DNA of 64,000 nucleotides, taken from positions 124,001 to 188,000 of IMG/VR virus record IMGVR_UViG_3300020477_000990; one strand, 5' to 3'. Under the pieces are notes generated by a model. It did not search any database and had not been told where the DNA came from. It worked only from the letters and a program-made list of their open reading frames with translations. Shown here piece after piece: positions 33,550-47,200 of this stretch (positions within the stretch are counted from its first letter, which is position 1; the number at the start of each line of letters is the position of its first letter). Both the position numbers and the translations under genes were made by a program.

Positions 33550-33783
33550 TTATTTTTTTGACTTTTTTGGAGGGTAAGTAGCATTTTTCATACCAGCGCC
33601 AGCTGTAAAACTAGGGCCTACTTTAGGGCCATATCTTTTATTAGTATTGCTAATTTTTCCACCAATTTGTGCATCTTCTCTTTTAACTACTTTTTTTGCA
33701 CGTTTCTTACTTCCAACGCCTACAGGAGCTATTGCTCCAGCAAATCCACCAGCTACTGTTTCTGTGATATCTTTAATTCTCAT
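33550..33783 (-). CDS. Small basic virion-associated-type protein
   Basis: MRIKDITETVAGGFAGAIAP; ATG 8 nt after TAAATA. Confidence 0.6.
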   Translation of the reverse strand: MRIKDITETVAGGFAGAIAPVGVGSKKRAKKVVKREDAQIGGKISNTNKRYGPKVGPSFTAGAGMKNATYPPKKSKK

Positions 33784-33869
33784 AACAAAATTATTTATCA
33801 AAAATTATTATATACGTACATTACTTTGTATATAAATATTTAATAACATAGCAGTTAAAATGAGGTAAA

Positions 33870-34343
33870 ATGGCTTATAATACACCAGTTAATTACAGAA
33901 CTAATGACGTAACGGCATCCGGAACGATCTCTCCTTCTAGTAGTGGAGCCGAGTCAAGTAGCAACTATGTTACTGAAAGAATTTATAAAGGCTTTAGTTC
34001 TAATAATCCAAATGCTGTAAACAATATGCTTTATGATGCAGATTTAATTAAACAAGATATATATAACCATTTTATGACAGCTAAAGGTGAAAGAGTGATG
34101 CTACCTAACTTTGGTAGCATTATTTGGGATTACTTGTATGACCCACTTGACAGCCAAACAAAAAGTATAGTTGAAGAAGATGCTAGAAGTATTGTTGCCG
34201 CTGACCCTAGAGTAGAATTATTAAATATAGAGGTTGTTGGTTTTGAACAAGGAATAGTAGTTAATATTAGATTAAACATTTTACCTCAAAACATGGTTGA
34301 AGATATGGCCATTACATTTAACAACAATGGGAGTGCAATATAA
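33870..34343 (+). CDS. Baseplate wedge subunit, T4 gp25/GPW-like
   Basis: YKGFSS...DLIKQDIYNHFMTAKGERVMLPNFGSIIWDYLYDP...DPRV. Confidence 0.9.
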   Translation: MAYNTPVNYRTNDVTASGTISPSSSGAESSSNYVTERIYKGFSSNNPNAVNNMLYDADLIKQDIYNHFMTAKGERVMLPNFGSIIWDYLYDPLDSQTKSIVEEDARSIVAADPRVELLNIEVVGFEQGIVVNIRLNILPQNMVEDMAITFNNNGSAI

Positions 34344-37300
34344 TGGGACAACTAGTTAGACAAAGTAATTTATTTTCCGCAGAAGATTGGAAAGTAGTTT
34401 ATCGTAGTTTTAAAGATGCTGATTTTAAATCATATGACTTTGATACTATTCGAGCATCAATGTTAAATTATATTAGTAGAAACTATCCAGAGAATTTTAA
34501 TGACTATATTAATTCATCTGAATTTATAGCTATACTTGATTTGTTAGCTTTCTTAGGTCAAAGTTTATCATTTAGAATTGATATTAATGCTAGAGAGAAT
34601 TTTATTGATACAGCAACAAGAAGAGATTCAATTTTAAAACTAGCAAATATGTTAAGCTACAAACCAAAAAGAAATGTTCCGGCACGTGGCTTATTAAAAT
34701 TATCAGTAATTAAAACAAGTGAACCAATTACTGATTCATTAGGAAATAATTTAAGTAATACTGAAATTAAATGGAATGATCCAAACAATGCTAATTGGTA
34801 TGAACAATTTATTGCTGTATTAAATTCTTCGTTTATTACAACAAATAAATTTGGAAAACCAACACAGTCAGCAAAGATTAGTTCTATAACAAATGACTTA
34901 TATACTTTTAATAATACTAAAGCAATTTCAGTAACACAACCATTTAATAGTAAAGTAAACAATAAATCATATTCATTTGATGTTGTACCAGCAACATTTA
35001 ATACAGCAGGTTATATCGAAGAACAAACACCTGATCCATTAAATGCTTATAATTTAATTTATAAAAATGATGGAAAAGGATTTGATAGTGCCAATACTGG
35101 ATTTTTTGTTTATTTTAAAGAAGGTTCGCTATCATATAAAGATTTTAATTTTGATTCTCCGGTTGAAGATAGAGTGCAATCAATTGAAGTTAATGACATT
35201 AATAATTTAGATGTTTGGGTACAAGAAATTAACTCATCTGGGTTAACAGAAAAAACATGGTCAAAAGTTCCAACGTTATCAGGACAAAATATAATTTATA
35301 ATAGTTTAGCATTAGGAACTAGAACAATATACGAAGTACAATCAAAAGTTAATGATCAAGTTGATATTAAATTTTCAGATGGACAATTTGGTAATATTCC
35401 AGTTGGCTTATATAGAATTTGGTATAGAACTAGTGCAACCAAAGGAGAAGAAATTTCTCCATCAGATATTAAAGGAAAAGGTGTTTCGTTTAGTTATGTA
35501 AACCAAGAAGGCCAAACTTATGATTTAACAGTTCAATTTAATCTTGAATATAATGTTTCGAATTCATTTTCAAGAGAAACAATTGATGAAGTTAAAATAA
35601 ATGCAGGATCAAGTTACTATACACAAGATAGAATGATTAATGCAGAAGACTATAATGTATTTCCAATTACAAAAGTTTCTGGAATACAAAAGTTAAAAGC
35701 ATTAAACAAAACACACGCAGGGCATTCAAGATTTATTGACATTCAAGATCCGACAGGTACAGTTGCAAATGTTAATTGCGTTGGTGAAGATGGAATTTTA
35801 TATAAAGAACCAAATAATACTGAAAAGGTTTTATCAGTAATTGATACAAGTTCATATGATAGTATGGTATTAGAAGTTGAAAAATTAATTCAATCTATTC
35901 AAACACAAAACTTTTATTTTGATCCATATAAAAAAGCAATCGAGGCAATACCTATTAGTGGATATCCTTCTAAATTTGTTTTCTTATCAGCAGGTGATGA
36001 CATTGTATATTGGAGACCAATGCCAGTTGCAACATCAGGATATTATGGATATATTACACAATCGGCTCCAGCTGAAAGCGAATCTACTGCAAAAAATAAT
36101 ACAAACTTAAAGAAAGTTTGGAAAGCACCAACAACAGATAAGCATGGACTAATACGTCCAGGTTCAAGAATTGAATTTATTGATGACTATAATAATCCAA
36201 CAAAAACAATTTGGGCAACAGTTAAAGGTGTTACAGCAAATGGTGATCCTGCTAATTTAACAAATGGACCAATTCAATTAAGTGAATCAATCCCAGCTGG
36301 TTATAGAGCTAGAGCTATTATTCCAAATATAAGAACAACATTTACAACTACTGAAAGAACAGCAATTAGATCTAAATTAAGTGAGTCAACTGCAATTTTA
36401 AGCAAATTTGGTCTTGGGTATAGTTATTATAATTCTGCAACAAAAGAAGAGAGTTGGTATATTATTGATGCAAATAAAGTTGATGTATCAAGTGAGTTTA
36501 ATGTAGTTAACAATACAATTGGTGGCGGATCACAAGGAACAAATAACGATTCAAGTTGGTTAGTAAAAGCAGAGTTTACAGAAAAAGGTGCAAACACAAA
36601 TGCTAAATTTACATTTACATCAAGAGGATTAGATTATATATTTCAATCAACCAATGATGTTAGATTCTTTTATGTTAAAGATTATAAAACATTAGATAGT
36701 GCAACAGGTTTAACTATTCAAGATAAAATCGATATTTTAGCTGATGTAAACAGTAAAATTGAAGAAGGTACTGGAGCATCTGTTTTAGCAACAATTGATG
36801 TATCATTAACAGCACATCAGGCAACTACAGTTGGCAAAGATGAAATTGTAACTCAAGCTAATTCAGGAGCAAAAGGAAAAGTTAAAACGGCAGTAGCAGG
36901 TGGACAAACAATTGAGTTAACAGGAGTTTCCGGAACGTTTACAACTAACGTAGCTGATACATTAACAGGATCAGCAACAGGGGCGTTAAGTGCCTATGTA
37001 ACAAACGTAACAGGAGGTGCAGTTACAGGATTTACTAATACATCAGGAGATACATTATCGTATACTACTCCAGTTGGATTAAATTATACTACAGCACCTA
37101 AAATTTCAATGTCAGGAGGACTTGGTAGCGGAGCATCTGCAATTGCAACAGTTCATAAAGGTTTAGTAATAGCAATGCCTATTATTGATGGTGGATCAGC
37201 ATACAAGTTTCCACCAACGGTTACAATAACACCAGAGTCAATTGGTGCTAAATTAGATGAAACTATTTCTTTATCAGTAGTTGAGAATGCTTCAGAACAA

Positions 37301-38293
37301 GATGGTTATGTCGACGATAGAAAAGTAAAAGTTTCAACTTATGATTCAGATGAAGATGGTATGCCAGATCTTCCTTTAGCTATTGACAAGTTAGTTCAAG
37401 ACACATCTAATTCTAAAAATTTTATATTCTTTGAAAACTATACTGACTTTGATAACTATGTTTATTATAAATTAACAACATCAGTAACTCAACGTTCAGC
37501 ATTAACTAATAGTGGTATTGAATTTTTAACAACTACTAATAAATTTTATAGCGGTGGTGTATTACAAACAACAACAGGCTCTGAAGGAGCATACCAGGCA
37601 ACAATAGGAACTACAACTTATAAAGCATTTATTGGTAGATCATATTATACACCAGCAGGAATAAGTGATCCAATGTTTTTCCATTGGAAACATACTGCAC
37701 CTAGAGACCAAAGAATTGATCCAAGTATTAGCAATATTATCGAATTGATAGTATTAACTTCAACGTATTACGATAATGTTTTAAGTTGGACAGCTAATGA
37801 AAAATCAGTTAGTGAGTTTCCAGAAGAACCAACAGTAGAAGAATTGAATGAAATGTTTTCTTCTAATTTAAATTCATATAAAGCAATTGGAGATCAAATA
37901 ATTTATACTCCTGCGAAATTTAAATTATTGTTTGGTTCAACAGCGTCAGCAAATTTACAAGGTACATTTAAAATTGTAAAATCAGTAGGATCTACAATGA
38001 CAGATAATGAAATTAAATCAAGAACAATAACTGCCATTGATACATTTTTTGATATTACAAATTGGAATTATGGTGAAAGTTTTTATTATACAGAATTATG
38101 TGCATATATCCACAGCCAACTAGCTACACAAATAAGTTCAGTTGTTATTGTTGGTTCTGATGCAGAATCCAAGTTTGGAGATTTATTTGAGATTGTTTCT
38201 GATTCAAACGAGTTATTTTATTCAACAGCAACAGTTGACAATGTTGAAATCGTAAATGCATATACAGATCAAAATTTAAAAAAGGGGTCGTAG
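34343..38293 (+). CDS. Baseplate wedge protein, T4 gp6-like, with inserted repeats
   Basis: DFKSYDFDTIRASM...SSEFIAILDLLAF...ENFIDTATRRDSILKLA; QDRMINAEDY. Confidence 0.85.
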   Translation: MGQLVRQSNLFSAEDWKVVYRSFKDADFKSYDFDTIRASMLNYISRNYPENFNDYINSSEFIAILDLLAFLGQSLSFRIDINARENFIDTATRRDSILKLANMLSYKPKRNVPARGLLKLSVIKTSEPITDSLGNNLSNTEIKWNDPNNANWYEQFIAVLNSSFITTNKFGKPTQSAKISSITNDLYTFNNTKAISVTQPFNSKVNNKSYSFDVVPATFNTAGYIEEQTPDPLNAYNLIYKNDGKGFDSANTGFFVYFKEGSLSYKDFNFDSPVEDRVQSIEVNDINNLDVWVQEINSSGLTEKTWSKVPTLSGQNIIYNSLALGTRTIYEVQSKVNDQVDIKFSDGQFGNIPVGLYRIWYRTSATKGEEISPSDIKGKGVSFSYVNQEGQTYDLTVQFNLEYNVSNSFSRETIDEVKINAGSSYYTQDRMINAEDYNVFPITKVSGIQKLKALNKTHAGHSRFIDIQDPTGTVANVNCVGEDGILYKEPNNTEKVLSVIDTSSYDSMVLEVEKLIQSIQTQNFYFDPYKKAIEAIPISGYPSKFVFLSAGDDIVYWRPMPVATSGYYGYITQSAPAESESTAKNNTNLKKVWKAPTTDKHGLIRPGSRIEFIDDYNNPTKTIWATVKGVTANGDPANLTNGPIQLSESIPAGYRARAIIPNIRTTFTTTERTAIRSKLSESTAILSKFGLGYSYYNSATKEESWYIIDANKVDVSSEFNVVNNTIGGGSQGTNNDSSWLVKAEFTEKGANTNAKFTFTSRGLDYIFQSTNDVRFFYVKDYKTLDSATGLTIQDKIDILADVNSKIEEGTGASVLATIDVSLTAHQATTVGKDEIVTQANSGAKGKVKTAVAGGQTIELTGVSGTFTTNVADTLTGSATGALSAYVTNVTGGAVTGFTNTSGDTLSYTTPVGLNYTTAPKISMSGGLGSGASAIATVHKGLVIAMPIIDGGSAYKFPPTVTITPESIGAKLDETISLSVVENASEQDGYVDDRKVKVSTYDSDEDGMPDLPLAIDKLVQDTSNSKNFIFFENYTDFDNYVYYKLTTSVTQRSALTNSGIEFLTTTNKFYSGGVLQTTTGSEGAYQATIGTTTYKAFIGRSYYTPAGISDPMFFHWKHTAPRDQRIDPSISNIIELIVLTSTYYDNVLSWTANEKSVSEFPEEPTVEELNEMFSSNLNSYKAIGDQIIYTPAKFKLLFGSTASANLQGTFKIVKSVGSTMTDNEIKSRTITAIDTFFDITNWNYGESFYYTELCAYIHSQLATQISSVVIVGSDAESKFGDLFEIVSDSNELFYSTATVDNVEIVNAYTDQNLKKGS

Positions 38294-38296
38294 GCA

Positions 38297-41200
38297 ATGG
38301 CTGAGCAATTTGTTGCATCAAAACAATTACCAGTAGTTTTACAATCAACAAAGTTAAAAAACTTTTTTGATTCTACAGTTGACCAATGGTTTAAAAATGA
38401 AGACAATGAATTCACTCATGGATTTGTTGGAAGACGTGAAGGTAGAATTTTTGAACCAAAAAAAGATGCCTACTTAGGTGAACCGTCAGTTGATAGATTT
38501 AATTATCAACTTGAACCTTCGGTTGTAGTTAGAGATAATACTACACAAGGAATTTCATATCAAACTACATACGATGACTTTGTTAATAAATTAAGATTTG
38601 ATGGCGGCCAAATTCTAAATCATAAAAAATTATTTGAAGAAGATTATTATTCTTTTGCTCCACCTATTGACATTGATAAATTTTTAAACTATGCTAATTA
38701 TTATTGGTATCCAACTAAAGATGATTTGTCAACAGAAACAAGTGGAGTATTTCCAAGTTTACCAGCAATTGTAGTTGACGGGTCTGGTGCTACACCTATT
38801 GATCCAGCAACAGATATTATTGGAAAGCAAACATATACAGCACCAGATGCCACGGTGTTTACAAATGGTTTACAAATAAAATTTGGTCAATCAGTTACTA
38901 ATGATGCATATAAATTTAGACATACAATTACTGCAATAAATTTAAATGGCGGTGGATCTCAGTATGCAGTAAATGATAAAATTATAGTTTCAACTGTTAC
39001 TATTGGACACGTTACAAGTATTAATGCAGGGGGAACAATCACAGGAGTAGAATTAACAAATCCAGTTCTTGGTGATGGTGTTACTCCAACAGCGGTAACA
39101 ATCACAACTGCAAGTGGTAATGGTGCATTATTAACTGTTACTACATCACAAACTGATATTACTTACATAATTGAAGGTGTAGGAACAGAAATTAAATTAA
39201 TTGATATAAAAGATTTAAGGAACTTAAATGGACTAACAACTTCGTCAAAAGATTATCTAACAATGCAACGAGGTTGTAAAGATGGTAACATTTGGTCAAA
39301 AACAAACGGATGGGTACATAAAAATACATTAGACAACTATCCTAGTGTAACAACTACAACAGAAGAACAACACCTATGGGATACAGAAGGATGGGCAGGT
39401 CTTCAAACTTGGGATAGTATAACAGTATCGTCTACAACTGCATTTACAAAAACAACCGGTAGAAGAGCTACAAGACCAATTATTGAATTTAATAGTAATA
39501 TGGAATTATACGATTATGGAAAAAATCATATACTTGATGTTACAGTTATTGAAGATACATTAACAAAAACACAAATAGAATCTTATGCTAATATAACTAT
39601 TGATGGTAGGCAAATTCAAAATAGAGATACTATATTATTTCCAAGTGCGGCCAGCCAAGATGATTATGTAGCTTGGGATGGAAACTTGTGGGATCATGAT
39701 ACTGACTCAGATATATCAACAGGTGGCGGTGGACAAACTGGTGGTGATTTAGGTTGGGACGTATCTAGTTCAGCTTTTACAATTGAAGGATCTATTTGGC
39801 AAGTATCTGGTGTAGGAACAGCTCTAACACTTACACAGGTTATTACTAGTGTAAATGAAAATGATAAAGTTTATATTGATAAAGGTACAAAATATGGTAG
39901 TACTGAATGGTACTATGATGGATACAATTGGAATCAAGCACAATTAAAATCTAAAGTAAATATTGCACCATTGTTTAATTTATTTGATAATAATAAAGTT
40001 ATATTAAATGATACAGGAATATATCCATCGTCAACGTTTACAGGTTCAAAAGTATTTGGCTATAAAGTTGGTTCAGGAACCAACGATGCTGAATTAGGAT
40101 TTCCACTATCATATGTGTCTGGTAGTGGTCAAAGTGATATTGAGTTTTGTAACTATCTTAATGTCGATTCATACACATATAATACCTCAACTGCGATATC
40201 AGGATACAAGTTTTATAAGCAATTCTTGTATCCTGAAACTATTGCTAAAACTACAAACTATGAAGTAAATATAAATCCTAGTCAAAGAAATACAGCAAAC
40301 AATGTATTTTATATAAATGGTGAAGAAAGCCCAATATTGATTTTACAAAGAGGAGACACATATAATTTTAAATTTAGTTCTCCAGAAAGTGGAAGTACAG
40401 GTTACACAGGAGTAAATCATCCATTTTATATTTCAACAGGAACTCCTTGGTCATCGGGAACATATACTGGTGAATATACAACTGGTGTAACAGGATCTAG
40501 AGCATACTATGGTGGTGCTTATAGTACATTAGAATTTATAGTTCCGTCAAATGCTCCAGATACATTGTACTATCATTCTGCTACAAGTAATAATCCTGTT
40601 AAATTAGTTATAGTTGATAATCCTATTACTAAAATTAATGAAGCTACAGAAACATTTTATAGAAATGAATGGAACAAAAATTTAGGAAGTAAAAAATTAA
40701 AACAACGTTTAGTTCAAGAACATACAGTTTCAAATACAAATTTAACTACTAAACCAACACTAGAAGTTATACCAACATCTATTATAGATATGGAAGTATA
40801 TAAAAATGGAATTAGACAAAAGTTTGGTACAGATTATACTACAACTGCAAGTGTTATAATTAACTTTACAACTGCATTAGTTGAAAATGATTTTATTAAA
40901 ATTTATTACGAGACAAATGATAATACTCCAATTCGTCAAGTAAACTATTTTGAAATACCAAAGAACCTTGAATCAAATGCTTCAAATGAAGAAGTTGTTT
41001 CAGGAACATATTCAGAATTTTTCCAACACTTTGAATCTATAGTTCAAAACCAAATTGGGTTTACTGGTGATGTAAGTGGAGCAAATAATTATCGCGATAC
41101 TGAAAAAGATTTAGGAAAAGGTAAAGTTATTTTACAACATGATGGTTCACTAATGAAAGTAATGGCATTTGCTAATAATGATGACCTGGATATTATATCA

Positions 41201-44200
41201 TCAATAAGATATGTAAAAAATAGATATCAAGAGTTTCAATTAAAATTTTTAAATGCTGTAAATAAAATTCAAGTATCACAAGATGCTTCTTTGTTAACAA
41301 CTTCACAAATTGTTGATAAAGCAATTAAAAATATTACTATAGATAAAATTGCAACTGATCCATTTACATATTCATTTATGATGGCTAGTGGTGATAGATA
41401 TACTTCAGAATCTCATACTATTACAACAACTAATTATACTTGGGGAAATACAAACACATTCTTACAAAGTAGTGATACACAAGAAGTATTTAATCAAGAG
41501 CCTGGCTTAACAATTGCATCAGCATATGATCCAAAAAATGATTATGATAGTAAAGCATTATACGTTTATAAAAATAATGTATTAATGACATATAATCATG
41601 ATTATATTGTAAGTTATTCTTCATCTGGAACAAAAATTATCTTTATAGGATATGCGGCAAATAAACCAAAAGTTAATGATGTAATTTCAATTAGATATTA
41701 TACAACAATTCAACCAACTTGGATACCACCTACTCCAGCAAAACTAGGAGCGGCAAAAGTTTACCAACCGGTTGAAATATCTGATACTATAACATATTCA
41801 AGTGGAACTAGAAACTTTATACAATGTCATGATGGGTCATTTGTTTTAAAATATAATGATTTAAGAGATACTGCATTATTAGAATTAGAAAAAAGAATTT
41901 ATAACACAATCAATAGAAGATTTACTTCTAGGGATTATGTTCCATTATTAGAAATTAATCAAAAACAACCAAACTATTTTAATTCAACTAGTTGGTCTAG
42001 AAATGATATTATTAATTTAATGCGTCCAATATTTACAAGATGGGCATCAGAAAATGCATTAAACTATCATGAGAATACTGGTTATAATAATGTTCTAACA
42101 TTAACAGGAGTTTCTGGTACATTTAAAGTTGGAGAATCTGTTTCTGGTGCAAGTTCTAAAGCAAAAGGTGTAATTACAAAAATTGCAAGTAATGTAATAA
42201 CTATAAACCAAGTTATTGATAGTTTCCAACTTAATGAAAAAATAACTGGTGCAACAAGTGGTGCAGAAGGTACAACAGATCCAAATGGTGGTATTACTAT
42301 TGATTGGAAAGTAATGAATTACTCTTCATTAAAAGATCCAAATGGAAATAGTTTACCAGGACACTGGCGTGGTATGTATCGTTGGTTCTATGGAACAGAT
42401 AGACCACATACTCATCCATGGGAAATGTTAGGCTTTGCACAAAAACCAATTTGGTGGGATAATTATTATTCTTGGACGGCATCGTCGACAAGAGCAAAAT
42501 TAATAAGTGATGTTGAACAAGGTATTATTAGATCAGGCTTACGTGAAAACTATACTGATAAATCATATCTTAACGCAAATAATGTTTATAAAAAACCAAA
42601 CTTTGCGTCATATGTTCCGGTTGATAATACTGGAAAACTATTAAGTCCAAAAGAAATAGGAATTATTTCAGATAATCCTACAGAATATAATTCACAACTT
42701 GATTGGAAATTTGGAGATGGTGCTCCAGTTGAAAATGCATTTGTTGTTTCTCCGGTATATCAATATGCAATACAAAAAATATTATATTTGACAGCACCAG
42801 GTTTATATGTTGACTTGCTTTGGAATTCAAATGATATATTAAAATCATCAGCTGATGCAACTCAAATTATTGACTCTGTAAGTGGTAAAAGACCTAACAA
42901 TAAAAACTATTATGTCCATAGAGAAGTAGATGCTAATAGTATAACATATAACAGAGCTGGAGTACAAAACTTTTTAGTTGAGTATTTAAATTATGTAGGT
43001 AAGTCAGTTACAGATTCATTTGGTAATGTAATTAGAAACCTACAAACAAATTTATCATATCGTTGTGCAGGGTTTATAGACTCATCAACACTTAAAATTG
43101 AATCACAAGCATATGACTCAGTAAGTAATTCAACTAGCATTGTAATTCCAACAGAAGATATTAATATATCATTACATACAGGTGGAAGCATTGATGAAGT
43201 ATCATATAGTGGTTTTATTGTTCAGGTAGTTGAGCAAGGATATAAGATTTTTGGATACGATATAGTACATCCATACTTTAATGTACTTAGACCAATGATT
43301 TCAGGTAGATCAAAAAAACTTAGAATTGGTGGAAAAGAAGTTTCTCCAGTTTCTTATAAACCTGGAACAACGTATCATACAGATGAAATTGTTAAACATG
43401 AAGACAAATATTATCAAAGCATCACTACTCAAGTAACATTAACAACTGATACTAATCCAGATTTACAAAAATGGAAAGTGCTTAAAGTTTTACCAACAGT
43501 AGGTGGAACAGAAGTAGACCACTATTATGATTTTGATGAATCTAATGTATATCAAATTGATTATGGAACTGTATATAAAACTAGACAACAAGTTTATGAT
43601 GCAATAGTAGGATATGGAAAATATTTAGAATTAGTTGGATGGGACTTTAGTGAGTTTAATGTTGATATTGGAGAAAATAAAAATTGGGATTATAGTGCCA
43701 AAGAATTTTTATTTTGGAGTTTAGGAAAATGGGAAAAAGGAAATTATGTTACATTAAGTCCTAGTGCTGATAAATTAAAATTTATACCAGCTTCAGGTGT
43801 TGTCCAAAGTATTAAAGATATTAATAATGGTGTATATAGTGCATTAAACAAAGAAGGTTTTGGACTAGATTCAAAACAACTAGATGTTATACGTGATGAT
43901 GACATGGTAACAATATCACAAAAAGATGGAATTGGAATTTATGGATTAAGATTATCAGTTAAAGAAACTGAGCATATGATTACATTAGAAAACAAAACTA
44001 TCTTTAATGATACAATTTATAATACAATATTAGCACAAAGACAGCCACGTGTAAAAATTAATACAACTAGAACATTAGGATGGCATGGTAAACTTGAAGC
44101 AGATGGTTATATTATAAGTGGAACGTCATTGCTTAATAACTTTGAAAAATCAGTAACTGATTCTGGAAAATATTATGATATAGAATCTTCTCTTGTAGCT

Positions 44201-47200
44201 ACTAATTTTAGAGATTCAGCTATGCACTTAATTGGATACCAAGAAAGAAATTATTTAACTAATTTACAAATTAGTAAAACAAATCAAGTTAAGTTTTATC
44301 AAGGAATGATAAAACAAAAAGGTACACAAAATAGTATTGATAGATTATTAAGATCAACAACTGTAAGTACTGATCAAACATTTGATACATATGAAGAATG
44401 GGCATTTAAAGTTGGTGAATTTGGCTCAACAGCTTTTGATCAAAAAATTGAATTAAGATTAAGAGCAAACGAAGTTGTTAGTGATCCACAAACATTTGAG
44501 TTTTTATTACCATCAGATGCATCAACAACTTCAGGCTATGATAGTCCAACTGATGATGTAATTACAATTGATATTGATGATACAGTACGTTGGTTGAAAA
44601 AACCTAAAGGTGAAAAAACGTTAGCTAATTTATGGCCAGTAGTGTCTACAGTTAATACAGTAGTTCCTACATCAGGTTATGTACATTATGATGATCCAAC
44701 TTATAGAGCATTGAATTCAAATGCACTTGCTAACGTTTATTCATCAGAAACTTCAAATATAGCAATTGGGTCAACAACTTGGGTAGCAAAAGATGATGTA
44801 GCTGGAAGAGATTGGAATGCATATAAATTATATGATACCGGAGATACTATTGATAACGTAGTATCAAATGGTGATGCCAATACTGCAATGAAAGTTACAG
44901 TATCTGGTACAGGCTCAAGTATTGGAGTAGCAAAAGATTTAATTATACATAAAACATATGACGGTGATGGAACACTTGTTATGGATCCTACTAGTTGGGG
45001 CACACACAAAATAACATTATCAACTGCAACGCCAACGGCACCTACAATTACAATTCCATTTTCTGATGTAGCAGGTAGTGGTGCAGAAATGGCAGTAGGG
45101 AATATTAATGGAACGGTATCAACAGTAACAGTTACAGCAGGTGGTGATGGCTTTGCTGTAGGAGATGTAATTTCATTCTCAGGCAGTAATGGAGCAGGTG
45201 GACAAATGACTGTTAATAAAGTTGCCGGCGGAGCAGGTGCTACAGCATCGGCAGTTATAGCAGATACTTTCCCAATTACTTCAATACAAGTTTTAGAACA
45301 AGGTACAGGTTACAGTTCTGCAACTGTTAATATTTCAGGTGGTGGGGGTTCTGGTGCTACTGCAACAGCAACTATTGCCGGCGGTAAAATTACTGCTATT
45401 ACATTAACTGGTGCAGGTTCAGGATATACATATCAGCCTACGATTACAATTACAGGTGATGGAGATGACGCAACTGCTTTTGCTACACTTGGATCAAAAG
45501 CAGATGGACAAATTACATCAATTACTGTTAGCGGAGGCGGAACTGGTTATACAGCAACACCAACAGTTAAAATTACAGACGCTTCTGGTACAGGTGCAAC
45601 TGCAACGGCAGTTATGTCAGCTGGAGCGGTTGCAAGTGTTACAATAACTAATTCAGGTTCAGGATATACAGCACCAACAATTTCATTTACTGGCCCATTA
45701 AGTGGTGCAACTACAGGATCAGAACTAACACTTAATAATGGTGGAGATAATTATGCAGAAGCACCAACGGCATATTCAGTAGTTGATTCTTCAGGCACAA
45801 CAAAAACATCCGGAGTACATTATACACCAGCAACATTTACATATACAGGTGATGGTGCTAGTGGAGTATTTGGTGAAATAAAAGATATTACAATTACAGC
45901 AGGTGGTTCAAATTACCAATCACCAAGTATTAAAATTATTAATGCATCAGGAACAACAGTACATACATTAACAACACCAACTAACATTACACTTACATCA
46001 GGATCTATTACTGCGGTAACAGTTCCAACTGGAGCATGGAATAAAGGATTTAGTGCAGGAGTAATAAGTACTGCAACTGGAAAAATAACAGTTACAGATA
46101 CTAAAGCAAATCATACAGTTAACTTGTCTCCGTCATTAGCTAAAGTACACGCATTAACATCATTAACAGCAAACGTAACTACAGCATTTGATGGGACACC
46201 ATCTGTAACATTAGAAAAATCAGAAGACAATGGAGCATCATGGAGTGCATTATCTACTGCCGCTGTTGATTTAACTACCGTTGCTTCAGCAAACGTTAAT
46301 GTTACAGGAACAATAACTGACAATGCAAACGCAATTGTTAGAGCAAGTATTTCAGTTTCAACAGGAACAACTGGAAATGTTTCTTTATCATTAAATTATA
46401 CTAAAAAAGAATACGCAATAACTAAAAATGGTAATGCTGAATATATTTCAACTGCTGATAATACAACAATTAATTCATCTGGTATTAAATTATTAGATTG
46501 GAAAGATGTTAGATTAAACAATGCGTTAGCAACTGATAAAGCACACGTTGTAACTAGTACAGCAACAACACTTACAAATTTCTTAACAGGAACAGGTTTA
46601 AGCAATAGTGTTTGGACAGAAGGTGCTCTTGTTTGGTTAGATGATGACTTTACTGGTAAGTGGGGAGTATATAGATATACTGCCAATGCAACAATAGTTT
46701 CAAGTTATAATAATATACGTGGAAGTGAACCTGCAAGTTTTTCAGCGGCAGGTGGTACATGGATTTTACATAGTGGAGTAGATTACAGTAACACTTCACA
46801 AACTACTACATCATATTTTGCAAAAACAAAACGTAGACAAAAAGATAGAATAGATACAAAACAATTTAATAAAACGGTTATGTATGATGATAGAAGTCAT
46901 CAAGTTGATTTAAGTATGAATATATTTGATCCATTAAAAGGAATTTTACCTGCATCTGCAGATAGAGAAATCTCATACAAGTCAGAGTTAGATCCTGCAA
47001 TATATAATAATCATAGTGATACTACTTTAATTAGTACAAGTAATCCATGGAAGGATGACTATGTTGGAAAAGTTTGGTGGGATCAATCAACGGCAAGATT
47101 TATTGAATATGAAAGTCATGATAATGATTATAGAAGAACACATTGGGGTCGTTTGTTTGATGGAGCGTCAATTGACGTTTATGAGTGGGTTAAATCAACT

